Both the position numbers and the translations under genes were made by a program. Positions 50,872 to 62,563 of a stretch of DNA of 64,000 nucleotides are shown here, one piece after another. The stretch spans positions 459,623 through 523,622 of the forward strand of contig DF236952.1 in assembly GCA_000708835.1 (NCBI GenBank), written 5' to 3'. Below the pieces are notes generated by a model, which was not told where the DNA came from, did no database searches, and saw only the letters and a program-made list of their open reading frames with translations. Each line of letters starts with the position of its first letter. Within the stretch, counting starts at the first letter, position 1. Source of the stretch: Klebsormidium nitens (Eukaryota > Plantae > Klebsormidiophyceae).

Positions 50872-51921
50872 ATGGCCGTGCGAAGTCGCTTCCTCAGCCA
50901 GACACGTGGCAGCATGTTGCTGACGTTCTTGGTGACAGTTTCTCTCATCCTGACGGATGGGGTCGCGAGTGCAACTTCTGGTCCTACCGACGGAGAAAAG
51001 ATCCAAAGATTGGCTACGATGTTCCGCTACGCCATGGACGGGGACATTCTGAACTTTCAGGCGGGATTCGCGGACGACGCACTGTACCAGTATTCAGGTG
51101 GTCCAGGGCTACCTTATACTGGCCCCTTCAAGGTGAGCCGCCGGAGAAGAGTCGAATGTGATACAAATTTGTGAAGCCTTTCAGCTTTCGAAGGTGTCCC
51201 TTGATGACTGCGACCTGCAAGGAACGGATTGACTCGAAAATAGTGAGATCCAAGGATGTGGCACTTAATGAGTGCAAAGAAAGGGATCAGTTTCATGACC
51301 TTCGAGTGAATCATGTGAACTAGTCAGCAAATCCGTTCTGCCTGAACCTGGAAGCTCGACAGACTGGCTGATCTGCTTCGCATCCACCGAGAATTATGGA
51401 ATAACCTTTCCCAACTCGAGTGGAGTCCCTTCTCTAGTCTTCAATCAGTCTCCTCTACTGGCTAGTAGAACGACATGTTCGTTCTACTTCACGCTTGCCC
51501 TTTGTTCTGCTCCGTTTGATTCTTGAATGAGAAGACGGACTTCGTCTTTCTGGTCATGGCTTGGTCCACCTAATGTTGTTTTTGATTGGTTCACTTGTCA
51601 ATGCAGGGTCAAGACAGCTGTGTGCGGGCCCTCGAGACTTACAGCACCCTGTTCAACTTCACCTTACGCTCTTTTGACATTGCGATCAGTCCCAGCTCCG
51701 GCAAAGCGATCACCCAAGTTGATGTGGGGCTTAAGGGTCTAGAAACAGGGGTGGTGGTTAATGAAAACTGTTTTCTCTACATTACTCTGAACGACAGTCT
51801 CCTGGTCACCGAGATTGTTGAGAGCTGCAACTCGCTGGCTGAATTTGTTGCCCTCCAGTCCAAGTCGTGTGCGAAGAAGATTCAGGAGTGCGCAAACCAG
51901 CACGACCAAATCGCTGAATGA
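50872..51921 (+). CDS. Small putatively secreted SnoaL/NTF2-like (ketosteroid-isomerase-fold) protein; exons 50872-51132 and 51607-51921
   Basis: Hydrophobic signal-like segment LLTFLVTVSLILTDGVASA. Then FRYAMDGDILNFQAGFADDALYQYSGGPGLPYTGPFK|GQDSCVRAL, matching the SnoaL_2 pattern GD....f.DDA......lP..G...G. GT-AG intron is in frame. Confidence 0.72.
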
Positions 51922-53333
51922 AGGACGCTCGTCCCGCAAGAGGGGACCAGGCCAGAATCTCGCATAGACGGTCGTATATTTGAAAAAAATAGTACAAGAA
52001 GACTAGATTTCACCGTTCTGGTATCCTCGGGTATAAAAAAATCCTCAGAAGCAGGCAATCGGCTGATTACGAGAAGCATGCAACGTGGCAATGGAGACTT
52101 GAGCTAAAAGGCGTCAGAAGATCTTGACCCGGGAATATCCAGTCTATATCCATCTTGTCGGATCCAAGGCGTCCTATGATAGTGGACTTTCAGAGCGCGT
52201 GTATACCGTGAAGTTGGAAATACTAAGCTCGACCCTGAAGCGCGCGGCTGAGATCACTCACTGAACCTGATTCGTATAACCCGTACGGTTGATCGTATAA
52301 CAATCGGACGGGCTGCAAGGAGCCCGCGTCAGCTCGAGCGACTCATGCTTGTATATCGCTTCGATCGTCCAACTGTCACTGTCCCATGTCGTGTAAAGCC
52401 ATCTGAGAATTACGATTGAAGAATTGTGTATTCGTGTCCGGCCCACATGCAGATCTCAAGATTTCTAAAACGTATACCGTTATTAGACTCTGGCCAATCT
52501 GAACGGCCTCATATAATTCAACTCGAGGGCCTAGAGGTAGTCGGAGGGGTTCGACGAGTTGCATGCATCGCGAGCATTTGCGCAGCTCAGGCTTCCGACT
52601 TCATGTAAGGTGTAAATCCGAAGGCCGGCCGAGCCCGTGCAAACGAGAATATGTACGTGCAAGTCCGGCAGTGTTGTGTGCACGAGCCTGAACCAATCCA
52701 ACATGGCAGTACAATTTTTTGAAATGGCCGGATCGCTCTCAGCAAGTACGCGGCCAATGCACAATCAAGCCTGCTCGCGCTATTTAAGTATTTATTGAAG
52801 GCAACTTACAAGCCTGTATCGCGGGCTTGTCTTTGGAAATATGTTCGGCTTCATGGGGATTCTCAAAATCGGTATACAGATTCAGATTGCTTGAAAGAGC
52901 CCGGCCCGCATGCACTCGGCTACTATGGTGCGATCAGGCTGGGCGGAATTCGCTAGGCCGTGACATACTAAATGTCACCATTGAAGCACGCCGCGGTGCG
53001 GCCACGATTGTGATGCGTTCGAGCTCTGAACTAACAACAATCAAGTATGCCGCTTGTCTAAGTCTGTAGTCGTAAATTGAAGCCAATCGACCGCTACGGT
53101 TTAGGATCTCCCACCCGCAGAATGCAGGTTTGTCAGAACTTGTGGCTTCAGTGCAGAGGCTAGCTTGAAAAGCGGCCCGGACTCTCAAGCATCAGCATGC
53201 GGCGGAGCTTGCTTTGCTGCTTCTAAGTTTTGACTGTCCGCTGACCAAGTGAAGCTAAGCTGACACTCGTGTGACGCCGAATCAGTTGTCCCTACATGAC
53301 TTGTATCTATGTAAACTCAGGATTGCGCGTAAA

Positions 53334-56300
53334 CTACTCTTGACGCCATTCTAGTTGTTGAGTTGCCCCGGGCTCTTCGGCCTCGAATGCTCTCAAGCCG
53401 TCGCGTGACAGCACGTATGGTACAGACTCGCCGCACGCCTGCAAAGAGAAAGAGCAGCGTCTCAAGTTAAGATTTAAAGATGCGCCCATCGAGAGGAGTG
53501 TATTCCTGGAGCACAAGTGCGGGGTCGACCGCAAACAGAAGCGAAGCTTGAGACGAGGCAGAGTCAAACTGAAGACGACATCAGTGTTTTGAATTGCGAC
53601 TCCTCTTGTTTGCAGGGAGACACCAGACGCGACTTCTCCATCTGCAAACCAACCCTCCAGGAGCGCGATGGACTCGGCTTCAAGGCGTCAGCCGACGTGG
53701 CTGCTTACTTGAATGACGACAATCCCAATAGGCTACCTTGCAACGTATTCATCAAAGCCTTGCCATAACTTTACGTCAACCTGGGTCAACAACCGTGCAA
53801 GACATTCGCGATGACCTTACGGTGCCAGAAATTCATACATACGAGGCTTGCAGTCCCATCCAACCGCCATCTTTCGAAAGTACGATCTTTCCAGCTTTAC
53901 GAACGGCGGAGGGTTTCGGGAATGTAGCACGAACAAAGCTGTGCGGACGTACCTCTCAAAAGCTGCTAACGGCTTACAGTCCTGAACATGTTCCAGATCA
54001 CAGTTCATAAGCATGCTCACGGACGAAAGACTATGATTCGGACTCTGCCACGTGTCCGAAGCTCACCCCGATGGTGTGCTTGGTGACGGTGGCGGTACAG
54101 CAGTCGGACTCGTCCTCTCGGGCCAGTGCAAGTCGGACGCTGGGTACGGACTTCCAGCTCTCGCCCAGCGCGGGCTTCGGACGGCCGCCCTCGCCGGACA
54201 CTGTGTGGTTCGTCACCTGTCCAAATCGGACGGTCAGCTTTGAGTCCAGCTAAATATCTACGGTCCAGCTGCTGACGGATTCAGATCCTCAAAAGGAAGA
54301 AGCACTCGCCGGACACGGCGTGTCTCGTCACCTGTCGGACTCGGAGGGTTAGCTTTGGAACCAAAACATATTGTGAACCGGAAGAGAGATCCAGCAGATA
54401 GAGGTGAACAGAAAAAGATGGGCTGCGATCGCCAACGAACGGATTGAAAAGGCCGCCGCCTTCGCCGGACACCGTGTGGTTCGTCACCTTTCCGAATCGG
54501 ACGCTCAGCTTTGGAACCAAAAAGTGTTGTCGTTGGAGTGATCCAGCAGATAGAAAAGAAATAAGATAGGCTGCAATGAACAGATTGAAGGACGCCGCCC
54601 TCGCTAATACGGTGTGGTTCGTCACCTGTACGAATCGGACGGTCAGCTTTGGAATCAATACAATTTGTTCTCGGAGTCAACGGAGAGGAAAAAACCCCAG
54701 CAGATAGAGTGGATAAGAAGAGGTGAGTGCAGTTGCCAATGAAAATATTGAAAGGACGCCGCCCTCGCCCGGACACCGTGTGATTCGCCACCTGTCCGAA
54801 TTGGACGGTCAGCTTTCAATCCAGCAGAATCTCTTTCGGTCCAGCCGCTATTGGAATCAATCAGAAAAAATGGATGGAGAAAGAAGGGAAGTTCGGACGG
54901 CCTCCCACCGGACACGGGTGTGGATGGTACTTTTGTATGATTCGGACGCTTGACAATTGTTCCAGCAAAAATTTACGAGAGAAAAGAACGAAAAGACAGA
55001 CGTCGATTGAACTTACAATTGGACCTCAGGACTCCAACGGTTGCCGCCACAATTCGTCACCTGTCTGCCTTGAACGCCCAATCATATGGAACGAAGCCCA
55101 CGCTTTGACGAAGCTTCCGGAAAAGAACAAGTTTCAAACGTACACGGAGAGGTGAATCACCTCCGCGCAGATCGGAGGCTCGACTTACTCGGTCAAGAAT
55201 TCAAGGCACAAACGGGAGGGGATTATAGGTGCTCTCCAGAAGAAGTCTGCCGAACGGTCGCTCTCGCGCAAAGGCACCAAACTGTGCGCAACTAGTAGAC
55301 CGAAAAGCGCTCACACAAGGCACTCCCGCACGCACGTTTGCAAAGGCAACAGATCCTTTTCGGTCATCCAAGACCTGCTTCCTCGGCCTGCGTTCGAGAG
55401 GAAAAAGAAGGAATGACGGACAGGGAGGTACAAATAGAGGAAGGAAGGCATCAAAAAGGTGCTCAACCAGGAAAAGAGCCGACGTCAAGAGATGCAAGGG
55501 GACGGTACGTACCAGGACCGCGATGTTGTGCTTGAGCGCGATTTGCCGCAACAGCCCGCTCAAACTGACCATCAACGCGTGGCCTGCACAAGAGACGAGC
55601 ACACTGCCCGGATGAAAAACATGTCACCGCGAATGATTACTAGAGCGCTCCCACAAACTTTTCCAGCTTTCCCGTCATCCGCTGCCGTCAAGGTCCTTTT
55701 AGAAGTGCAGTGTCTTCATTTTATTGAATCTATTATGCAGCACCTTCTTTACTTGGGACCCAAGCTTTGCGCGTTGATCACAAACCCTGGCGGTTTCTTT
55801 TGCCACATGCACCCTCGACCCCAAGAATGCCAGCGCATAACTCTCTGATGGAGGAGTACGGGTCAGCTGACACCGAAAAGAGAACCTCAGACAACAAATT
55901 AGCAAACCGCCGACAACGAAAGGAACACGGCAGATTACAAAAAGCAAAATCGCGGCAGCCAATCAACCCACCTTGGGTGTGCGCGCCCCCCAGCACCGGG
56001 GAAATGATCGCGGATGCCGAGTCGAGAATGAGAAGCTGAAGCTTCTGGAAAAAGTCCTGTACAAAAAGACCCGCTCTTCCATATTTTTTCCACCCATTGA
56101 CCGTAGCTCTGTCGAGCTCAGAGGGATCGCCAGGTCGTCCTCGTTTGAAGTTTGTTTCCAAACCAATCTGAGGGCTCGCCGAGAAGCAAGATCAAAAGTT
56201 CATACTGCAATCTCGATGCCTCAGTTGTGCTTCTCGCCTTATTTCCGGGTGCCACCCTCTCTTGTTCCCAGTCTCTTCGAGATGGTGATTAAGACGATGC

Positions 56301-59300
56301 AGAAACGGAAAGCAAGTTCCTCAAACGCAGATATACATATAGCCTGACCATCTCACGGCAATCGCATGTGGGGAGCAAGAAAAAATAAAGCTGCTCGAAT
56401 CCCTCACGGCACTCACAAACGCGATATAGGGAAGGGAAACGCACCCCTTGGTTTCCATCGCCCCCCCTCTTGGATTCCGCTCCGTCCATATGTACAAGGA
56501 GATCGTCCAGCAGCCGAAGCGCCGTGTAGATGTCGAAGGCCTTGAAGCAGAGCACGCGGCGCGCCACGTTGCGCAGCTCCTGCTTGTGCTCCTGCGTCAA
56601 AGCCACGAACAGGGCCTCGTCAACCAGTCAAAGACCTAAGACCTGAGATTCCAAAATCCTACAACCTTAAATCCGAAACCTTAAAAGACATTTCAACTTG
56701 GCTGACAATTGTGATATAGTTCTTGCATAGAGGGTTGCGCTGCTCCTGCTTGTTCTTTGAGACAAAACCCCCAACAGGGCCTCATCAAACCGGGTCGAGT
56801 GATTTGGCGGAGGAAACGAGAGGATGCATCTCTGCGAAGAATTTGGTTGGTGAGCCGCGTGCCGTCACGCGCAACCCTGCTTAAAAGAGAACACTGTCCT
56901 TCAATCCTGGAAAGTTGCGAGTGGCGCAGCTCGGGATTGTCAGACCGAGAGGATGCCAAAGCCTCCAACTACACAGACGAGGAACAAGCGTTGAACTAGG
57001 AGAAAATTGATTTGTTGCTTTTAAGCGCCTGACGCACGATGAGGTCCTCATCAACTGAGGAATGACGAACGTGTTTCCGTGCAAGAAGAAAGAAGCAGGT
57101 GGGGAAAGGATCGCTCACAATCAAACCGATGGGGAGATTATCAATTTCGAACAAGGTGCAAAAACGCCACGCTAAACCGGCTGCTGCGGGTGGCAATCTG
57201 CTCACCACGAACTTGTCTTTCCCGTGCAGTCCCGTAACGATCTGCGCCAGCCGGTGCGCGGAGAAGGAGTTGGATGTGTCGATGAAAGCGACGCTCGCGC
57301 GCAGCTCAAGGGCCGCCGCTGCGGCCGCCTGAAGGCAGAGCTGCAACAGGAAGTTGTTGTTTCCTTCAGATTTTGCCACCCTTATCAAGGTCAGAAAGAA
57401 GAAATGCAAATCACGAAAGATGAGCTTTGGCCTCCTTCGCAATTTCAAACATCTTTAGAGATGAGACAGCTGCGGCCGCCTGAAGGCAGAGCTGCGCAAA
57501 GTAAGTTCTCGGATGTGCGACTTCTATTCCGTTCCGAAAAGACGAAGCGAGTGGAGATGTAGATCTGCAAAAGTGAAGAAATCCGACTTTTCGCAATCTG
57601 ACTGGACCTAGAGAAGGGCCGCTAGAAGGCAGAGTGCAAAAGAGGACGTTCTCGTAACATTTGTTTGTTTTCGATCTAGAATAGTGACAAAGCGAGACAA
57701 GACGTTGGTAGACTGCGGAGATATCTCTTCTGACTTCTATTTGCATTCCTGACCGAGCCTAGAGAAGAGACACTGCGGCCGCTTGAAGGCAAGATTACGC
57801 AGAGGAAGTTTCGGATGTACACTTCTCATAAGGTTCCGAAGACAAAGTGAAGGCGGATGCGAATCCACAGAAGGGATTCTCGACTTCCATCGACACCTCT
57901 TCAATTAACTTAAAGAAGACACAGCGTTGACGTAAGGAAATGTCAAATCAAAAACCGAGGAGTCTCGCAGGAAGTAGGAACGAGGAAAAAAGGAATGGAG
58001 GGGTTTGAAAGAGGTGGTTGATCATTTCCTCATGTCGAGCTTGCCAAGGACTTCGAAGAGCATTTCACGAATGTGAGAAGCTATGCAAAGATAGTACTGG
58101 ACGTGATTACGGCGAAGGGTTCGAAAGCCGATGCTTTAACGGTGAAAGAATGAGGCTTATGCACCCGTGTCAAAATCTAGCTTGTCGCAGGTAGCATCAA
58201 GAACAAACAATTTCTATACAAGGCCAACGACGTACTTGCGTCTTCCCCGAAGCGGAGGTGCCGACTAGTTCCGTGATCGTCCCGGGTCGAAGACCACCCC
58301 CGATGACGTCATCGATGCTGCAAACGAATTGCAGTGTCAAACGGCGATACTCTTGAGAACGTCGATCAGTATAAAGGCCAACGACGAGAATGTTGCTTCG
58401 AGCAGGATTCGAAGTCAAGCGTACCTGACCTCAATTGCAGGCAGAAAGAGCGCACGATAGGCGACGTTGTCAAGAGCTGCTTGTCTGGGACAAAGCCGTG
58501 ACAGGCAGCCAATTCTAACAGTTGCCTCGGACCCTTTTTGCCCGTCGAGTTATGTCAGAGCGTAAAAATGAAGACGGTTCTCTCAATAATTATCGGAAGC
58601 TCCTTGTTGGACGATGAGTACCGCAAGTCCTCACAAGGCCCGACCCGAAGGTTTCCAAGCAGTGGGAATGCACTGAACGTGCAGACCCATGTTGTGGCAG
58701 CAAGCGCATGCTCGTTCCTCTACGAAGGGCGCCAAGAGAGACAAAAAGTTCGAGATGCGGAATGCAGCCTTGAAAGAAACAACGTGCTGGGAATGTGCGG
58801 GGTTCCAGCACTGTTTGTTTGTATGAGAACGCAGGGAAGTTGAGCTTTGTGCCGGCCTGCCCCTAATGACATCCTCAAACCATCAAACCAACATCTGTTG
58901 CTTCGAAGCTTCTCTAGTGGTGGCAATGTAGCTCGATGTACAAAAGTAGGTCCAGTGTTCGGGGGAGCGAAGTAAATCCGACTACGTACCTAGGACAGCC
59001 GGTCGAGACAAGGGTCGTGCTTGTGGTGAGGCGCTCGAATAGCGTTGCGCCATCTGTCCAGGTGCAATTGGTCGTGGCAGCCACATGCTGGAGGAGACCT
59101 GCTATCACCTGGGCCAACGCAGATTGTAATCAATCGCTAACTCTGGTTTACATGACCTATAATCTAGGTAAGTTGATTCTAGGTAGGATGTAGTCATGGT
59201 CCGGAGAACGGGTGAGGTTAGGGTGGGGTTAGGGTGGGTACTGGTGCGGAGCGGGTACATTTGTCGGTGAAGGTTGTTTCCCCCCGGGGACTGTTACTAT

Positions 59301-60395
59301 CCTACCTAGAAACTATCCTACCTGAATCATAGGAGTATCTGGCTTTGAGGGTTTGAGAGGTTGTCTATGAAGTGGCGGCTGACATGCAGGCAACTTTTTG
59401 AAATAAGATGAAGCAAAGATTATCAATCATGTCGGGAAAGTGGAGGCCAGCATTTTTGGCAGGGAAAAAGTCAGCAAACCTGTTTCCGTCTAGGTGTGGC
59501 TTTAATTCGTCTCTACGTGTAAATAGATGATGCATAGAATCCTGACTCTAAAGCAGTCAATTTCGCAGGCAGGGGCAAGGCAGTGTGGATAAGGTGAGGC
59601 TCTGATATGTGACATGGAGGAAAGAGTGGCAGGGGCCCAGGAAAATGCTGAATTCCGAAATGTCTAGGAGGAAGTCAGAAGAATGAAACCTGGGGCTGTT
59701 TCTGTCTGATAGTAGGGTGTTACACCCGTACACACCAGGATTTTTGAGATATTGCACTTGATTCGACCCAAAGGGCTGGTGGCTGTGGAAAGTGGTATGC
59801 ATTTGGTTGGGGCTTTGTGGGAACTTCTAATCCCCCCCAAATCGTTCTCGCTGAGCAGCAGCAAGCACAGTTTTCAGCAGATTTCGATTGTGGCGATGGT
59901 GAACTTGTGTGCACATTTGAAGAGAAACTATTCCAAATCATTTTCTTCAATTGGTCAGTGGTACTCTGGCGCACTCCAGCAATGCAGCCCGTAAAAGAAG
60001 GTAATAAAAACGGCCCAACCAGAATCGTGTGCCTAAGTATGACGAGATCCACCCACCTGTTTCTGTAGCTCGCCATCTCCGAGGCGGTACAAATCATATG
60101 CAAGAAAGTCTTCCACTGCAGCCAGCGACAAGAACGGTTCAAGAAAAGATGAAACCACCTGTATATGCCAGGCCTCTCGGCTTCAATGCTTCTATCAATG
60201 CCTATATTGCAAGATCAGAATGCAATGGGGAGCAATTGGGGACAGACGAGCTGCATTGCGTATGCAGCGAATGCATTTGACCGGCGCCTAAACGGAGATC
60301 CAAATCCACTTACCAGTGTAGATACCATGGCCATCCAAAAATGCAACTGCTTCCGCTGTCAAGCAAGGCAGGCCCAGCCTGCTCAGCGCCCCCAT
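53334..60395 (-). CDS. RAD51D: DNA repair protein RAD51 paralogue D, ~10 exons
   Basis: [27 protein letters not shown]|[19 protein letters not shown]|[28 protein letters not shown]|LCLQAAA (Walker A). [34 protein letters not shown]|HALMVSL..AVL|[31 protein letters not shown]. The KPALGESW and SFSAxR motifs are typical of RAD51D. Confidence 0.93.
54180..55070 (-). repeat. Tandem array (~7 degenerate units, 115-170 bp) of the RAD51D VTNHTV exon start plus acceptor, inside the preceding intron
   Basis: Repeated ccggacac..gtggttcgtcac|ctgtccgaatcggacggtcagcttt, with boundary positions at 54216 (true), 54331, 54487, 54625, 54791, ~54930 and 55060. Confidence 0.88.
57320..57900 (-). repeat. Tandem ~150-bp duplications of the RAD51D LCLQAAA exon start plus acceptor (3-4 units)
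   Basis: gcggccgcctgaaggcagagctgc at 57321 (true) and 57472, with degenerate copies at ~57617 and ~57776. Downstream gttccgaa..gac.aag.ga motifs are shared. Confidence 0.8.
59156..59333. mobile_element. MITE-like element (~178 bp) with ~38-bp imperfect terminal inverted repeats in a RAD51D intron
   Basis: Left cctataatctaggtaagttgattctaggtaggatgtagt versus reverse complement of the right end cctatgattcaggtaggatagtttctaggtaggatagt. No clear target-site duplication seen. Confidence 0.55.
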
Positions 60396-60878
60396 GCCAG
60401 CGAACGCATCATCACAGAACAGCTGAGAAGCTAACAGTGAGTGTGCTGCTGCAGCACTGAAATCGTGCGTATTGTAAGACTAATAGTAATAGTAATACAG
60501 CGGACTTTGAACTTGAACTTGAAATTTGGCAAGACACAGAAGGCCGATCACTTTCAGAAACGGCAGCCGTTTCGCCCTGGACAACAAGAAACGGCTGGGA
60601 ATCAGGGAGGAGTCAACTCAAGCGAGCGGCAGAAGAGCCGGTTTTGGCACACAAAGCAGGCAACAAGCATCCATACCTACATTATAACCGATCTGTTACC
60701 GCGTGCTTTCCGGGTGGCTTCAGCAAGCACCATGGCAGCATTTCTTCTCTGAAGCTGGTCATGCCAATGCAGGCTGAGGTGCCCCCAAAGCTCAACCTGT
60801 GAGCCAGCTGGAACCAACGCGGATCGGTCTCATCAATGAGGTAGCCTGACCGCCTTTGAGCATTGTGCCCCAGAAAAG

Positions 60879-62563
60879 ATGGCCCGCACAAAGAAGCAAG
60901 CGCAGCCAAAGTGGAAGAGGGAGCAGGCTAAGAACCCACAGGCGCAAACACAACACAATGGAGACGCCATGGAAACAGACAGCACAGCGCCGGCAGAAGA
61001 GATTGCTCAGGTTGCCACCGAACACAATGATGCAAACGAGGGAGGGGAGAGTGACGCGCCGAAGAAGGTCTCCCTGGGGAAGCTAAAGAAGAAGCAGCGG
61101 TGGGAGCAGAAGCAGCTGAAAGTGAAAGTTACGAACCTGAAGAAAGAAAGGTGAGCGTGTCGTAAACACTTTGTGGGGTCTCGCCTGTGGTTGTTTGATG
61201 AGGGCTTGCTGTTGATGGAATGGTGGTGTGGCTGTTTTGTGTGCTTCATCGTCCGCCAAATAATTTGATGATATAATGCTCGCTTGTGGGAGTTGTCTGG
61301 GGACCCTGCCCCAATGACACAACCAGATCAAGGATACTTTTTTGTGATAGTCAGGCACATTAAACTCTTGTGGGACCACGAAAGGATGTCAACCAAGTAC
61401 GCTCGATTGTGTTGCTATATGTCGCATTTGGAGCTGATGATGTCTTCACTCTCAGAACTGGGTGACCTGCGCCTGCCGTCACAATCATTGAAACCTTCAT
61501 CACATCAGAATGTGGACTCTGAATTAATATGGAGCTGAACCTATTTCATAGAGTGTTTGTTTGGCTGCTCTTCAGTACGGCACATGTGTTGGTTCACATT
61601 TCGTCCTTTCAACCATTTAATTGACAGTGGTCGGCCTTCTTCTTTCCCCTTTGTTCGTATGAGATCATCACAGGCTAATGCTGTCTTGGATTGATGTCGA
61701 GCCTGCAATCCGAGCCTGATTTCCAGATCCCTGTTCCCTGTTCCAATTCCCTGTAGATTCTATCCTAGATGCAAAGCTCAGCCTAATTCTCAAAGTATAA
61801 CTGCAAAAGATGCAGTCAAGGGAAAAGCTTGTCTCAGGTGTGCCGCCTGATTTCTGTAAGAGGTCTGACTGCTGTTTTCTTGCAAAAGTATTGCAAACGA
61901 AAAGGCAGACTCTTTCCGGTCTTGGATGTTCCAGAGGCGGAATCTTTTGATGGAATCAGATGGATTAGCGTCGTGACGCGCTGCTTCTTTCCCCTGCTCA
62001 GGTTGAAATTGGGCAAGAAGAACCCAGAACACAAAGCGGATCGGAAAGCTTTGACGAAACAGATGAAGGCAATGCTTGCGGTGAGGATTTTGTTGCGACT
62101 TACCCACTTTGCGGTCTTGTATTGGGCTTCTCGTCCGTTGTGCCAAAGAGAGGTTGCTTTCCCATCTCAGAAAAACAGAAGTGCAGCACCGTTCAATCGT
62201 GGTCAAAGCAAGGACTGTATCCTCATGCGGTCACCAGTTCTGACCGCAAACCCCTTCTCAAACTCTCAAACGATTGGCGGACGACATGTCTTGTTCATGA
62301 TTGAAGCCGTCCAGAGCTACGGTCCCAAAAGAATCACAGGATTTGGCGCAATTCGCATGAATGCGTTTCAGGCGCCCTTTGCCCATGCTTAAGATCTGCG
62401 CCGTCCGGATTGATTCCTCTAGCTCGATGATATACTATCAAATCGACATCCTGGATTGATTCTCAAGTGAAGGAGAAGGCGAGATGCGGTGACAAAAATG
62501 ATTCAGATGTTTGGGTGTATTTGCAGGAGCAACAAAAAGCCCACACGGAAGAAATGCAAAAAG
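60879..62563 (+). CDS. Small Lys/Glu/Gln-rich coiled-coil protein of unknown function; exons 60879-61150, 62002-62080, 62527-~62563; 3' end uncertain
   Basis: ATG ORF with canonical in-frame GT-AG joins: ..KKKQRWEQKQLKVKVTNLKKER|LKLGKKNPEHKADRKALTKQMKAMLA|EQQKAHTEEMQK. Divergent from RAD51D, with ~480 bp between the ATGs. Confidence 0.65.
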
